Origin: Candidatus Brocadiia bacterium
Lineage (GTDB): Bacteria; Planctomycetota; Brocadiia; CAIUPP01
Assembly (NCBI GenBank): GCA_050015075.1
Contig: JBEKCB010000007.1
Span: forward strand, 96,001 to 160,000
Reading direction: 5' to 3'
DNA length: 64,000 nucleotides
Shown here piece by piece: positions 16,126 through 27,216 of the stretch (position 1 is its first letter; every line of letters starts with the position of its first letter). The notes under the pieces were generated by a model that was not told the origin of the DNA, ran no database searches, and was given only the letters and a program-made list of their open reading frames with translations. The position numbers and the translations under genes were made by a program.

Positions 16126-17906
16126 TGACCGCCAATGCGTGGTTTCAGATCCTTCTCTACGTCGGCATATTGACCCTCCTCGCCATCCCGCTGGGCCTGT
16201 TCATGGCCAGCGTGTTCGAAGGCCGCGCCGGCCGGATGGAGAAAATCCTGCGCCCCGTCGAGCGCCTCCTGTACCGTCTCTGCGGCGTCCGCGCCGACGA
16301 GGAGATGAACTGGAAGCAGTACGCGGTGGCGATGCTGCTCTTCAACCTCTTCGGCTGCCTGCTCGTGTACGCCCTTCAGCGGATCCAGCTCTTCCTGCCG
16401 CTGAACCCGCACAAGCTCGGCGCCGTGTCGCCCGACTCGGCGTTCAACACCGCCGTGAGCTTCGCCAGCAACACGAACTGGCAGGACTACGGCGGCGAGT
16501 CCACGATGAGCTACCTGACGCAGATGCTGGCGCTCACCGTGCAGAATTTCGTCTCCGCCGCCACCGGCATCGCCGTCCTTGTCGCGCTGATCCGCGGGAT
16601 CGTGCGGAAGGAGACCGAGCACATCGGGAATTTCTGGACCGACCTGACGCGCAGCACGCTCTACGTCCTCATGCCGCTATCCATTGTGCTGGCGCTGGCG
16701 CTGGTCTGGCAGGGCGTGCCGCAGACGTTCGGCCCGTCGCGGACTGTGCCGTTCCTTCAGCCGACGCAGGACGACAAGGGCAAAGCGGTCGCCGAGCAGG
16801 CGCTGTCGGTCGGCCCGGTGGCCTCGCAGGTGGCCATCAAGCAACTGGGAACCAACGGCGGCGGCTTCTTCAACGCCAACTCCGCACACCCCTTCGAGAA
16901 CCCGACTCCGCTCTCCAACTTCCTGGAACTCCTGGCGATCCTCCTCATTCCGGCCGCGCTCTGTTTTACGTATGGAAAAATGGTCAAAGACATGCGCCAG
17001 GGCTTGGCCATTTTCGCGGCGATGATGGGCTTGTACCTCGTCTGCGCGATCGGGTGCGTGTGGGTCGAAGAGCGCGGCAACCCGATCCTGGCGAAGCTCG
17101 GCGTGGACCAGGCGCCGCACGACGGGGCATCGGCGCTCACGACGGCGGGCTCGAACAACGCCCTGTCCGGCGGGAACATGGAGGGCAAAGAGGTGCGCTT
17201 CGGCCCGGTCAATTCCGCCATCTGGGCCACCGCGACCACGGCGGCCTCGAACGGCTCGGTGAACTCGATGCACGACTCGTTCACGCCGCTCGGAGGGCTG
17301 ATCCCGATGTGGCTCATCAAGGTGGGCGAAGTCATCTTCGGCGGCGTAGGCTCGGGCCTGTACGGCATGCTGGCGTTCGTCATCGTCACGGTCTTCGTCG
17401 CCGGCCTGATGGTCGGCCGCACGCCGGAGTACCTCGGCAAGAAGATCGAAGCGAAAGAGATGAAGATGGCCTCGCTCGTCATCCTGATCGTCCCGCTGCT
17501 GGTCCTCATTGGCTCGGCCGCCGCCGCCGTCTGCGACGCCGGGACCAGCGGCCTGGGCAACCGCGGCCCGCACGGGCTCAGCGAAATTCTCTACGCGTAC
17601 GCCAGCACCTCCAACAACAACGGCAGCGCGTTCGCCGGGCTGAACGTCAACACGCCGTACTATAACCTGACCACGGGCCTGGCCATGCTGCTCGGGCGGT
17701 ACTGGCTGGCGGTGCCGATCCTGGCCATCGCCGGCTCGCTGGCGCGGAAGAAAATCGTCCCCGCCGGCGCGGGCACGCTCTCGACGCACACGCCGCTGTT
17801 CGTGGCGATGCTCGCCGGCGTCGTGGGGCTTGTCGGCGCGCTCTCCTTCATCCCGGCGTTGGCGCTGGGGCCCATCGCGGAATTTCTTCAGATGATCCGC
17901 TCATGA
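16125..17906 (+). CDS. kdpA: K+-transporting ATPase subunit A
   Basis: [41 protein letters not shown]. Confidence 0.98.
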   Translation: MTANAWFQILLYVGILTLLAIPLGLFMASVFEGRAGRMEKILRPVERLLYRLCGVRADEEMNWKQYAVAMLLFNLFGCLLVYALQRIQLFLPLNPHKLGAVSPDSAFNTAVSFASNTNWQDYGGESTMSYLTQMLALTVQNFVSAATGIAVLVALIRGIVRKETEHIGNFWTDLTRSTLYVLMPLSIVLALALVWQGVPQTFGPSRTVPFLQPTQDDKGKAVAEQALSVGPVASQVAIKQLGTNGGGFFNANSAHPFENPTPLSNFLELLAILLIPAALCFTYGKMVKDMRQGLAIFAAMMGLYLVCAIGCVWVEERGNPILAKLGVDQAPHDGASALTTAGSNNALSGGNMEGKEVRFGPVNSAIWATATTAASNGSVNSMHDSFTPLGGLIPMWLIKVGEVIFGGVGSGLYGMLAFVIVTVFVAGLMVGRTPEYLGKKIEAKEMKMASLVILIVPLLVLIGSAAAAVCDAGTSGLGNRGPHGLSEILYAYASTSNNNGSAFAGLNVNTPYYNLTTGLAMLLGRYWLAVPILAIAGSLARKKIVPAGAGTLSTHTPLFVAMLAGVVGLVGALSFIPALALGPIAEFLQMIRS

Positions 17907-19978
17907 GCGACAAGAAAACCGGAACGCGCCCGCTGTTCGACCCGCCGATCGTGAAACGGGCCGTGCTCGACTCGTTCCGCAAGCTCCATCCCGCGCTGCA
18001 AATCCACAACCCGGTCATGTTCACCGTGTTCATCGGCAGTGTGGTGACGCTGGCGCTCTTCGTCCAGGCGGTGCTGGGCAAGGGCGAGGCGGCGCCCGGA
18101 TTCATCCTCGCCGTCTCCGCCTGGCTGTGGCTGACGGTGCTGTTCTCGAACTTCGCCGAGGCGATGGCCGAGGGCCGCGGCAAGGCGCAGGCCGACACCC
18201 TGCGCAAGGCGCGGCGCGACATCCTGACGCGGAGACTCGCCGCGCCGAAGCGCGATGCCTTGTCGGTGCGCGTCGCCTCCGCCGACCTCCGCACCGGCGA
18301 CTTCGTGCTCGTCGAAGCCGGCGAATTCATCCCCGGCGACGGCGAAGTGGTCGAGGGCGTCGCCTCCGTGGACGAGAGCGCCATCACCGGCGAGAGCGCC
18401 CCGGTGATCCGCGAGAGCGGCGGCGACCGCAGCGCCGTCACCGGCGGCACCCGCGTCCTCTCCGACTGGCTGATCGTCCGCGTCACCGCGAATCCCGGCG
18501 AGAGCTTCCTCGACCGCATGATCTCCATGGTCGAGGGCGCCAAGCGCCAGAAGACCCCGAACGAGATCGCGCTGAACATCCTCCTCGCGGCGCTGACGAT
18601 CGTGTTCCTGGTCGTCTGCACCACGCTGCTGCCGTACTCCATCTACAGCGTCAAGGAAGCCGGGAAAGGCGTCGTGGTCAGCATCACGGTGCTCGTCGCG
18701 CTGTTCGTCTGCCTGGCGCCGACGACCATCGGCGCGCTGCTCTCGGCGATCGGCATCGCCGGCATGGACCGCCTGATCCAGGCGAACTGCATCGCGATGT
18801 CCGGCCGCGCGGTCGAAGCCGCCGGCGACGTGGACGTGCTGCTCCTCGACAAGACCGGCACGATCACGCTGGGCAACCGGCAGGCGACGGAGTTCATCCC
18901 GGCGCCGGGCGTCAACCTGCCGGAACTGGCCGACGCGGCGCAGTTCGCCTCGCTGGCCGACGAGACGCCCGAGGGCCGCAGCATCGTCGTGCTCGCCAAG
19001 GAGAAATACGGCCTGCGCGGGCGCGACATCCATCCGCTGGGCGCGGCGTTCGTCCCGTTCACCGCGCAGACGCGCATGAGCGGCGTCAACCTCGAAGGCC
19101 GCCAGATCCGCAAGGGCGCCGCGGAGGCCATCGAGGCGCACGTCCAGACCCTTGGCGGCGAATTCCCCGCCGGCGTGCAGGAGAAAGTCCGCGCCATCTC
19201 GCTCGAAGGCGGCACGCCGCTGGTGGTCTCGGAAGGCGCGCGGGTGCTGGGGGTCATCCGGCTCAAGGACGTCGTCAAGGGCGGCATCCGCGAGCGGTTC
19301 CTCGAACTGCGCCGCATGGGGATCAAGACGGTGATGATCACTGGCGACAACCCGCTGACGGCGGCTGCCATCGCGGCGGAGGCCGGGGTGGACGATTTCC
19401 TGGCCGAGGCCACGCCCGAGGCGAAGCTGAAGTACATCCGCGAATCGCAGGCCGGCGGCCGCATGGTCGCCATGACCGGCGACGGCACCAACGACGCGCC
19501 CGCGCTCGCCCAGGCCGACGTCGCCGTGGCGATGAACACCGGCACGCAGGCGGCCAAGGAAGCCGGAAACATCGTGGACCTCGACTCGAACCCGACGAAG
19601 CTCATCGAGATCGTGAGCATCGGCAAGCAGTTGCTGATGACGCGCGGCTCGCTGACGACGTTCAGCATCGCCAACGACGTGGCGAAGTATTTCGCCATCA
19701 TCCCGGCGGCCTTCGCCGCGACGTATCCCGCGCTCAACGCGCTCAACCTGATGCACCTGGCCACGCCGCAGAGCGCCATCCTCTCGGCGGTGATCTTCAA
19801 CGCGCTGATCATCGTCTTCCTCATCCCGCTGGCCCTGCGCGGCGTCAAGTACCGTCCCGTCGGCGCCGAGAAGCTCCTCCGGTTGAACCTGCTGATTTAC
19901 GGCCTCGGCGGCCTGGCGCTGCCATTCGTCGGCATCAAGTTGATTGACATGATTCTCGTTCTGCTGCGGGTCGCTTGA
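17903..19978 (+). CDS. kdpB: K+-transporting ATPase subunit B
   Basis: TGES, DKTGT, KGA, TGDN and GDGTNDAP P-type ATPase motifs. Confidence 0.98.
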   Translation: MSDKKTGTRPLFDPPIVKRAVLDSFRKLHPALQIHNPVMFTVFIGSVVTLALFVQAVLGKGEAAPGFILAVSAWLWLTVLFSNFAEAMAEGRGKAQADTLRKARRDILTRRLAAPKRDALSVRVASADLRTGDFVLVEAGEFIPGDGEVVEGVASVDESAITGESAPVIRESGGDRSAVTGGTRVLSDWLIVRVTANPGESFLDRMISMVEGAKRQKTPNEIALNILLAALTIVFLVVCTTLLPYSIYSVKEAGKGVVVSITVLVALFVCLAPTTIGALLSAIGIAGMDRLIQANCIAMSGRAVEAAGDVDVLLLDKTGTITLGNRQATEFIPAPGVNLPELADAAQFASLADETPEGRSIVVLAKEKYGLRGRDIHPLGAAFVPFTAQTRMSGVNLEGRQIRKGAAEAIEAHVQTLGGEFPAGVQEKVRAISLEGGTPLVVSEGARVLGVIRLKDVVKGGIRERFLELRRMGIKTVMITGDNPLTAAAIAAEAGVDDFLAEATPEAKLKYIRESQAGGRMVAMTGDGTNDAPALAQADVAVAMNTGTQAAKEAGNIVDLDSNPTKLIEIVSIGKQLLMTRGSLTTFSIANDVAKYFAIIPAAFAATYPALNALNLMHLATPQSAILSAVIFNALIIVFLIPLALRGVKYRPVGAEKLLRLNLLIYGLGGLALPFVGIKLIDMILVLLRVA

Positions 19979-19988
19979 GGGAAAAGAC

Positions 19989-20606
19989 ATGTTCGCCGAA
20001 ATCCGCCGTCAAATCCGCCCGGCGCTCGTCGCGCTGGCCCTGTCCTCGGCGCTGCTGGGGCTGGTCTATCCGGCGGTCATCACCGCCATCGCCCGCACGC
20101 TCTTCCCCGGCGCGTCGCATGGCGCCCTCATTGAAAAGGACGGCCGCGCGCTGGGCTCCCGGCTCATCGGGCAGCCCTTCACGGACCCGAAGTATTTCTG
20201 GAGCCGGCCTTCGGCGACCACGCCCTTTCCGTACAACGCGGAATCCTCCAACGGCTCCAATCTCGGCCCGACCAACCCGGACCTGGCGAAGGCGGTCCGC
20301 GAGCGGATCGCCGCGTTGCGCGCCGCCGATCCGGGCAATTCGGCGCCCGTGCCGGCGGACCTCGTGACGGCCTCGGCCAGCGGGCTCGACCCGGACATCA
20401 CGCCGGCGGCGGCGGAGTTCCAGGTGCGGCGCGTCGCCCGCGCGCGGAAGCTCGACGAGAAGGAGGTCCGCGCCCTCGTCGCACGGTTCACCCAGGACCG
20501 CCAACTCGGCATCCTCGGCGAGGCGCGAGTGAACGTCCTCGAGCTGAATCTGGCTTTGGACGGGCGGATCCAGCAAGACCGCCTTAAGGAATCAAGCACA
20601 GATTGA
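19989..20606 (+). CDS. kdpC: K+-transporting ATPase subunit C
   Basis: [39 protein letters not shown]. Confidence 0.97.
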   Translation: MFAEIRRQIRPALVALALSSALLGLVYPAVITAIARTLFPGASHGALIEKDGRALGSRLIGQPFTDPKYFWSRPSATTPFPYNAESSNGSNLGPTNPDLAKAVRERIAALRAADPGNSAPVPADLVTASASGLDPDITPAAAEFQVRRVARARKLDEKEVRALVARFTQDRQLGILGEARVNVLELNLALDGRIQQDRLKESSTD

Positions 20607-20640
20607 CAAAGCATCTTTTGATGGCCATAATATCATCAAA
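20603..20640 (+). promoter_or_regulatory. Sigma70 promoter with an overlapping palindromic operator for vapBC
   Basis: TTGACA-17-CATAAT (20603-20631); inverted repeat TTTGATG (20617-20623) / CATCAAA (20634-20640) flanks the -10. Confidence 0.75.
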
Positions 20641-20656
20641 TAGGAGGGCCCGAATC

Positions 20657-20872
20657 ATGCGGCTCACAATTGATATTGACGAGAAGGTGCTTCGCGGCAT
20701 TCAAAAGGCAACGGGGAATCGTAAGCGCTCGCCGGCCGTCCGCGAGGCGCTTGTGCGGTATCTGCGCGAGCGGGAGAAGAGAGAGTTCTTGCGCAAAGTC
20801 CTCCGCGGCGAGACGGATTTCGGCATGACGAACGAAGAACTGGAGAAACTCGCGACCTATGATTCTGATTGA
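20657..20872 (+). CDS. vapB: Type II antitoxin, VapB family
   Basis: MRLTIDIDEKVL...AVREAL RHH-like N-terminus; overlaps the PIN toxin gene. Confidence 0.85.
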   Translation: MRLTIDIDEKVLRGIQKATGNRKRSPAVREALVRYLREREKREFLRKVLRGETDFGMTNEELEKLATYDSD

Positions 20873-21248
20873 CACATCGGCCTGGATTGAGTTCTTCCGG
20901 CGCAGCGGTAATGCCGCCATCAAGTCGCGCGTGGCCGGGTGGGTGGAAACGGGCGAGGCGGGTTTCTGCGGCCCCATCCTTTACGAACTAACACTTGGCG
21001 CGCGTCCGGCGGAGACGCATTTGATTCGAAAAGCCCTCGGGTTCTGCGGTTTCCTGGAGTTTCCGGCCGCCGCCTGGGAACTGGGAGCATCACTGGAAAG
21101 AGGGATGCGGCAGAATGGCGCCACGGTCCCCCGCGACGACATCCTCGTCGCAGCCGCTGCGCTGCACCATGATGTTCCCCTCTACTGTTGCGACAAGCAC
21201 TTCCAGTTCATAGCAAAGCACGCGGCGCCGAAGCTGCGATTGGTCTGA
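20859..21248 (+). CDS. vapC: Type II toxin VapC (PIN domain)
   Basis: MILIDTSAWIEFFR, ELTLG, DILVAAAAL, DKHF. Confidence 0.93.
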   Translation: MILIDTSAWIEFFRRSGNAAIKSRVAGWVETGEAGFCGPILYELTLGARPAETHLIRKALGFCGFLEFPAAAWELGASLERGMRQNGATVPRDDILVAAAALHHDVPLYCCDKHFQFIAKHAAPKLRLV

Positions 21249-21319
21249 TGTTTTTTCGTTCTTAGCGCTCTGCGCGAGAGTATTTCTTTCTTCATGCGAA
21301 CGTCAATGATGAGAAGGCG

Positions 21320-23971
21320 ATGGACCCGACCCGCGCCAATCCCGACGAACTGCTCAAGCAGGTCAAGGCGGAGGAGCAGCGGCAGCGACGCGGCAAGCTG
21401 AAGATCTTCTTCGGTGCGGCCGCCGGCGTCGGCAAGACCTACGCCATGCTCGAAGCGGCCCAGGCGCGCAAGACCGAAGGGCTGAACGTCGTCGTCGGGA
21501 TCGTCGAAACCCATGGGCGCACTGAGACCGAGACGCTCCTCAAGGGGCTCGAAATCCTGCCGCCGCGTTTCGTGGAGTACCGCGGCACGAAGCTGCGCGA
21601 GTTCGACCTCGACGCGGCCCTGGCGCGCAAGCCGGAGCTGATCCTCGTGGACGAACTGGCGCACACGAACGCGCCCGGCAGCCGCCATGCAAAGCGATGG
21701 GAGGACACCAACGATCTCCTCGACGCCGGGATCAACGTCTACACCACGCTCAACGTGCAGCACCTCGAAAGCCTCAACGACGTCGTCCAGCAGGTCACCG
21801 GCGTCGTCGTCCGCGAGACCGTCCCCGACTCCGTCGTCGAGCAGGCCGACGAGATCGAGCTGATTGACCTGCCGCCCGACGACCTGATCCGGCGCCTGAA
21901 AGAGGGAAAGATCTATCTTCCCGAGCAGGCGGGGTTCGCGGCCGACAACTTCTTCCGCAAGGGCAACCTCATCGCGCTGCGCGAGCTGGCGCTGCGCTCG
22001 ACCGCCGACCGCGTGAACCTGCAGGTGCGCGACTACCGCGAAGAGCAGGCGATCAGCCGCGTCTGGCGGACCTCCGAACGGCTCCTCGCCTGCGTCAGCC
22101 CCAGCCCGTTTTCCGCCCAACTGGTGCGCGCGGCGCGGCGGATGGCCGCCGGCCTGCACGCGGAATGGATTGCCATCACCGTCGAGCAGCCGAACCTCTC
22201 CGAGGCCGGCAAGGAGGCGCTGGCGGAGAACCTAAGCCTGGCGGAGCAACTCGGCGCCGAGACGGTGAGGGTGACCGGCACGGACGTGGTGAAAGAGGTC
22301 GTCGCCTACGCGCGCAAGCACAACGTCACCAAGATCATCGCCGGCAAGCCCGGCCCGCTCCGCCTTCACGAGCGGCTCTACGGCTCCTTCGTGGGCAACC
22401 TGATCCGCGCCAGCGGCGATATTGACGTTTACATCATCAAGGGCGAGCCGGAGCCGTTCGAGATCACGCGCGCGGTGCGCGTCGAAGCGCCCATCGAGTG
22501 GAGGCGGTACGCCTGGGCGGCGCTGACGGTGCTCGTCTGCACCCTGCTCGCCTGGGCCATGCGCAAGAAGTTCGATCCGTCAAACCTCGTGATGGTCTAT
22601 CTCCTCGGAGTCGCGCTCATCGCCGCGCGGATCGGGTCCGGGCCGGCCATCCTCTGTTCCATCCTGAGCGTCGTCGCCTTCGACTTCGCTTTCGTCAAAG
22701 TCTATTTCAGCGTCACGGTCGCCGACATCCAGCACCTGGTGTCGCTGGGCGTCATGCTCGTGGTGGCCCTGATCATCAGCTCGCTGACCTCGCGGCTGCA
22801 CGTGCAGGCGGAGGACGCCGGCGAACGCGAGCGCCGCACCGCCGCGCTCTACTCCATGAGCGGCCAACTGGCCAGCAACTGGGGCACGGCGAAGCTGCTC
22901 GACGTGGTCGTGCGCCACGTGGCGGAGGTCCTGCAGAGCGAGGTCGCCGCCCTGGTGCCGGACGAGACCGGCCGGCTGGTGATCCGGGCCGGAAACGATG
23001 CGGCCTTTCCGATGGACGCGCGCGAGCGCGGCGTGGCGCACTGGGTCTTCGACGTCGGCCGCGTCGCCGGCCTGGGGACCGACACCATGCCCGGCGCGGA
23101 GTGCCTTTACGTGCCGCTGAACGGCACGCGCGGCCCGGTCGGCGTGCTGGCTGTCCGGCCGCTCCACGCGGGCCGGCCGCTGACGCCGGACCTGCTTCAG
23201 CTTCTCGAGGCGTTCGGCACGCAGGGCGGCATGGCCGTCGAGAGCGACCGCTTCGCCGACGAGGCCCGAAAGGCACAACTGGAAGCGGGAGTGGAGAAGT
23301 CGCGCAACGCGCTTCTGAACTCCGTGTCGCACGACCTGCGGACGCCGCTCTCCGCCATCACTGGCGCCGCCAGCACGCTGCTGGAGCACGACGAGCAAAT
23401 GACGCCCGCCGCCCGCCGCGAGATGGCCGAGAGTATCAGCGAAGAGGCCGCCCATCTCAGCCGGCTGGTCACCAACCTGCTCGAAATGACGCGGCTGGAG
23501 TCCGGCGCCGCCAAGGTCAAGAAGGAGCCGTGCCCGATCGAGGAGGTCGTCGGCAGCGCCCTGACCCGAATGGAGAAGCAGTTGAGCGGGCATCCGGTGA
23601 CCACGCATATTCCCGCCGATCTGCCGCTGGTGCCGCTGGACGTAATCCTCACCGAGCACGTCTTCATCAACCTGCTGGAGAACGCGGCGAAATACACGCC
23701 CGCCGGCTCCCCGATCGAGATCTCCGCGACGGCGTCGGACCAGCAGGTGACCGTGGAGATCGCCGACCGCGGGCCGGGCATCAGCCCCGGCGACGAAAAG
23801 AAGATCTTCGAGAAGTTCTACCGCGGCAAGCTGGCCGGCAGCGCCTCGGGCGTCGGCCTGGGCCTGACCATCTGCCGCGCGGTCGTCGAGGCCCACGGCG
23901 GAAAAATCTGGGCGGAGAACCGCCCCGGCGGCGGCGCGTCGTTCCGGTTCACCCTGCCGCTGGCGACGTGA
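21320..23971 (+). CDS. kdpD: Sensor histidine kinase KdpD
   Basis: GAAAGVGKT, DELAHTN, USP domain, 4 TM, GAF, SHDLRTPL, HATPase. Confidence 0.98.
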   Translation: MDPTRANPDELLKQVKAEEQRQRRGKLKIFFGAAAGVGKTYAMLEAAQARKTEGLNVVVGIVETHGRTETETLLKGLEILPPRFVEYRGTKLREFDLDAALARKPELILVDELAHTNAPGSRHAKRWEDTNDLLDAGINVYTTLNVQHLESLNDVVQQVTGVVVRETVPDSVVEQADEIELIDLPPDDLIRRLKEGKIYLPEQAGFAADNFFRKGNLIALRELALRSTADRVNLQVRDYREEQAISRVWRTSERLLACVSPSPFSAQLVRAARRMAAGLHAEWIAITVEQPNLSEAGKEALAENLSLAEQLGAETVRVTGTDVVKEVVAYARKHNVTKIIAGKPGPLRLHERLYGSFVGNLIRASGDIDVYIIKGEPEPFEITRAVRVEAPIEWRRYAWAALTVLVCTLLAWAMRKKFDPSNLVMVYLLGVALIAARIGSGPAILCSILSVVAFDFAFVKVYFSVTVADIQHLVSLGVMLVVALIISSLTSRLHVQAEDAGERERRTAALYSMSGQLASNWGTAKLLDVVVRHVAEVLQSEVAALVPDETGRLVIRAGNDAAFPMDARERGVAHWVFDVGRVAGLGTDTMPGAECLYVPLNGTRGPVGVLAVRPLHAGRPLTPDLLQLLEAFGTQGGMAVESDRFADEARKAQLEAGVEKSRNALLNSVSHDLRTPLSAITGAASTLLEHDEQMTPAARREMAESISEEAAHLSRLVTNLLEMTRLESGAAKVKKEPCPIEEVVGSALTRMEKQLSGHPVTTHIPADLPLVPLDVILTEHVFINLLENAAKYTPAGSPIEISATASDQQVTVEIADRGPGISPGDEKKIFEKFYRGKLAGSASGVGLGLTICRAVVEAHGGKIWAENRPGGGASFRFTLPLAT

Positions 23972-24001
23972 CCGTCGGCGACTTGGGCAGGCCAGATCGA
24001 A

Positions 24002-24082
24002 TCGTCCTCGTCCTCGAACTGCTCGTTTCAACGGCCGAGGACAACGACGAGGACGAGGACGAGCAGGGCAACGAGGACGAGT
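24002..24082. repeat. Intergenic palindrome of GAGGAC hexamers
   Basis: TCGTCCTCGTCCTCG (24002-24016) / CGAGGACGAGGACGA (24048-24062) plus extra copies. Confidence 0.7.
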
Positions 24083-24096
24083 AGGGGCTAAGCCTT

Positions 24097-24792
24097 ATGG
24101 CGGAAAACGCCGCGAGCATTCTGATCATCGAGGACGAGCCGCCGATCGTCCGCTTCCTGCGGACGGCGCTCGGCGGCCACGGCTATTCGTTCCACGAGGC
24201 CGCGACCGGGCAGGAAGGCCTGTCGCTGGCCGCGAGTTGCCGGCCGGATATCCTGCTGCTGGACCTCGGCCTGCCGGACATGGACGGGCTCGAAGTGATC
24301 CATCGGCTGCGCGCATGGAGCGCTGTGCCGATCGTCATCATCTCCGCGCGCGGGCAGGAGAGCGACAAAGTCGCCGCGCTCGACGCCGGCGCCGACGATT
24401 ACCTGACGAAGCCGTTCGGCGTCCCGGAACTCATGGCGCGCATCCGCGCGGCGCTGCGGCACGCCGGGCGTGTGGGCGACGACGCCGAAAGCGCCGTCTT
24501 CGTCTCGGGCGATCTGAAGGTGGACCTGGCCGGCCATCTCGTCTCCCTGCGCAACAAGCCGGTCAGCCTGACGCCGATCGAGTTCCGCCTGCTGGCGCTG
24601 CTGGTGAAGCACGCCGGCAAAGTCGTCACGCAGCGCCAGTTGCTCAAGGAAGTCTGGGGGCCGCACCTGACGGACGAAACGACCTACCTGCGCGTCTTCG
24701 TGCACCAGTTGCGGCACAAGCTCGAAGGCAACCCCGCGCGCCCCAAGTACATCCTCACCGAGGCCGGCATCGGCTACCGGTTCCGGCTCTGA
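24097..24792 (+). CDS. kdpE: Response regulator KdpE
   Basis: LLDLGLPDMDG, GADDYLTKPF, OmpR-type wHTH; follows kdpD. Confidence 0.96.
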   Translation: MAENAASILIIEDEPPIVRFLRTALGGHGYSFHEAATGQEGLSLAASCRPDILLLDLGLPDMDGLEVIHRLRAWSAVPIVIISARGQESDKVAALDAGADDYLTKPFGVPELMARIRAALRHAGRVGDDAESAVFVSGDLKVDLAGHLVSLRNKPVSLTPIEFRLLALLVKHAGKVVTQRQLLKEVWGPHLTDETTYLRVFVHQLRHKLEGNPARPKYILTEAGIGYRFRL

Positions 24793-24938
24793 CCGCACAG
24801 CCGGTTCTTCACGCCGCTCGATTTGCGGCGCGCCGACGCGCGTTCTATAATCAGAGTACGTCGGCTTCGAGATTTCAACCAGCGGGCGGGCGATGACCTC
24901 GCTCGCTCTCTTTTTATAGGCATGCGTTCGCGCGACCG

Positions 24939-26174
24939 ATGGGCATTTCCTGGAAAAAGACTCTCTATTCGGTCTGCATCGCCCAGTTCATCGCGATGGT
25001 CGGCTTCGGGTTCGTGTTTCCGTTCATGGCCTTCTACCTCCACGACCTCGGCGTGCCGGCGGGGCCGCAGGCGGACAAATGGGCCGGCATCCTCGTGACG
25101 GCGATGGGGGTTCCCATGGCGATCTGCTCGCCGATCTGGGGCTGGCTCGCCGACCGGCATGGCCGCAAAAGCATGGTGCTCAGGGCCATGTTCGGCGGCG
25201 CGGTCACCGTGGCGCTGATGGCGTTCGTCCAGAATGTCCACCAGCTCTTCGTCCTGCGCATTCTCCAGGGCATCCTCACCGGCACCATCACGGCGAGCAT
25301 GGCAATGGTCGCCAGCGCGACTCCGACGGAACACTCCGGCTATGCGCTCGGCCTGGTCACTGTCTCCGCGAGCGGCGGCAACTTCATGGGCCCGTTGCTG
25401 GGCGGCTACGCGGCCAAATTCTTCGGCTACCGGCCCACCTTCATCATCGCCGGCGCGATCCTCGTGGTCGGCGGCTTCATCGTGACGTACGGCACGGAGG
25501 AGAAATTCGAGCGCCACGCCACCAGCCGGGCGGGCGTGACCCGCGCGTTCCTGCCGTTGCTGGCGATCGGATCGTTCCTCGTGCCGCTGCTGACGCTCTG
25601 CCTGATCACCTTTGCCGCGACCGCGCCCACGCCGATCTTCCCCTATTTCGTGCAGGACGTATCCGCGATGAACGACAAAGACGCCGCCGCGCTGACCGGT
25701 ATCATCATCTCGGTGGTCGGGATCGTCGAAACGCTCTCCGCGTGGATATTCGGCCGCTTCGGCGACCGGTGGGGGCACCGGCAAGTGCTCATGGCGGCGG
25801 TGGTCTGGGGCGGGATCATGGCGGGCCTGCAAGCTTACGCGCGGAACATTCCGCAGCTCATGACGTTCCGCATCCTGTTCGCGTTCGGGATGGCGGGGGT
25901 TTTCCCCACCGCCAGCGCCATCATCCGCAAGGTGGTGCCCGAGCACAGCCTGGGCAAGGCGTTCGGCCTCGTCGCCTCGCTGAACGCCCTGGGATGGGCG
26001 TTCGGCCCGCTCGCCGGCGCGTACCTCTCCGCGTACATGCGGGATTATCGGCCGACCTTTACGTTTTCCGGAGTCGCGCTATGCATCGTCGCGCTGCTTA
26101 TCGCTTGGCGCGTGAAGGAGCCGTCCGCGCCCGCCGAGAGAGTCCAGGCAAGCGCACCGGGCGCCGGGCCGTAA
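24939..26174 (+). CDS. MFS transporter (DHA1/MdtG-like)
   Basis: WGWLADRHGRK and GRFGDRWGHR motif-A copies; about 12 TM. Confidence 0.92.
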   Translation: MGISWKKTLYSVCIAQFIAMVGFGFVFPFMAFYLHDLGVPAGPQADKWAGILVTAMGVPMAICSPIWGWLADRHGRKSMVLRAMFGGAVTVALMAFVQNVHQLFVLRILQGILTGTITASMAMVASATPTEHSGYALGLVTVSASGGNFMGPLLGGYAAKFFGYRPTFIIAGAILVVGGFIVTYGTEEKFERHATSRAGVTRAFLPLLAIGSFLVPLLTLCLITFAATAPTPIFPYFVQDVSAMNDKDAAALTGIIISVVGIVETLSAWIFGRFGDRWGHRQVLMAAVVWGGIMAGLQAYARNIPQLMTFRILFAFGMAGVFPTASAIIRKVVPEHSLGKAFGLVASLNALGWAFGPLAGAYLSAYMRDYRPTFTFSGVALCIVALLIAWRVKEPSAPAERVQASAPGAGP

Positions 26175-26304
26175 GCAGCGGCCCCATGAGCGGCATATTA
26201 TGGAACGGAACGCTTTTGGAAGAGTAGTTGTGACCACGTGCTTCGGCGTATAATGTTTGAGAGGGTTTTGAAACACATTATCCCTTCCGGGACCGGAGGT
26301 GGCC

Positions 26305-27216
26305 ATGCCGACCGTTATTGAGAACGTCCAGAAAGAAGGTCACGACCTGCTGGTTCAGGTTGAGATTTTCCTGTATGTGCATTCCAACATTGAGTCCGGC
26401 CCTTCCAACGACCCAGGCCGTGCTCAGGCAGGGTCGGGATCATTTTGCAATTGGGGCAAACTCGAAGAGGTGGGATTGCAGGAACAGGCAAGGTTGCTTC
26501 AAAAGTCCGACGCTTTCTTTTCCGTGCTGGAAACGCTGCTCTCAGGCCGAACTGCGAGTTGCCGCAAAGAGGTGGAGACGGCGAGCGCGGAATTCCATGA
26601 ACTCATCGCACAAGAAAAACGGTGCCCGTATAAGAGCGCTGATTCCGCCGTGCTGGCGGCCAAGAAGGCAATGCAGGTCGCCTTGAGCTGCCTGGCTCGA
26701 CTCTACGACGGGAAGGGCGGCGAAGTGTGCTTCGTTCCCGACACAAACGCCTTGCTTTACAACACGCAGCTCGATGCGTGGCAATTCGACCGCGTCCCAA
26801 CGTTCACGGTTGTCCTGACCCCCGCAGTCCTTTCTGAACTCGAGGACCTCAAAGTGCGGGGAAGTGACAGGAATAAGCCGAAGGCCGAAAACCTGGTGCG
26901 GCAAATAGAGGAGTATGCCGGCAGAGGCAACCTGAGCGAAGGCGTAACTCTCGCCGAGGGCAGGAGCGTGGTGCGCTCGCTGGCGACAGAACCCGACATG
27001 GCCCATACGCTGTCGTGGCTTGACGCCGGCAGTAAGGACGACAGGTTCATCGCTTCCTTTCTCGAAGTGATGCGGCATCATCCCTGCTGCGAAGTGTTTC
27101 TGGTGAGCCGGGACGACAACGTCCGCAACAAAGCGAACTTTGCCTCGCTTCCGGTCATCGCCCCGCCAGACCCTCCTGCCCAACAAGGTCTTAGACTTCG
27201 CCCGAGACAGGGCTGA
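26305..27216 (+). CDS. PIN-domain (PIN_4/Swt1-like) putative ribonuclease
   Basis: FVPDTNALL, AVLSELEDLK, DDRFIAS, LVSRDDNVRNKA; GGAGG RBS; lower GC than its neighbours. Confidence 0.82.
   Translation: MPTVIENVQKEGHDLLVQVEIFLYVHSNIESGPSNDPGRAQAGSGSFCNWGKLEEVGLQEQARLLQKSDAFFSVLETLLSGRTASCRKEVETASAEFHELIAQEKRCPYKSADSAVLAAKKAMQVALSCLARLYDGKGGEVCFVPDTNALLYNTQLDAWQFDRVPTFTVVLTPAVLSELEDLKVRGSDRNKPKAENLVRQIEEYAGRGNLSEGVTLAEGRSVVRSLATEPDMAHTLSWLDAGSKDDRFIASFLEVMRHHPCCEVFLVSRDDNVRNKANFASLPVIAPPDPPAQQGLRLRPRQG

Noticed and set aside
27214-27216. Selenocysteine readthrough of the PIN gene TGA (the frame stays open for about 63 codons)
   Set aside because: The PIN domain is already complete, the continuation matches an IS110 C-terminus, and there is no Cys/Sec redox motif.
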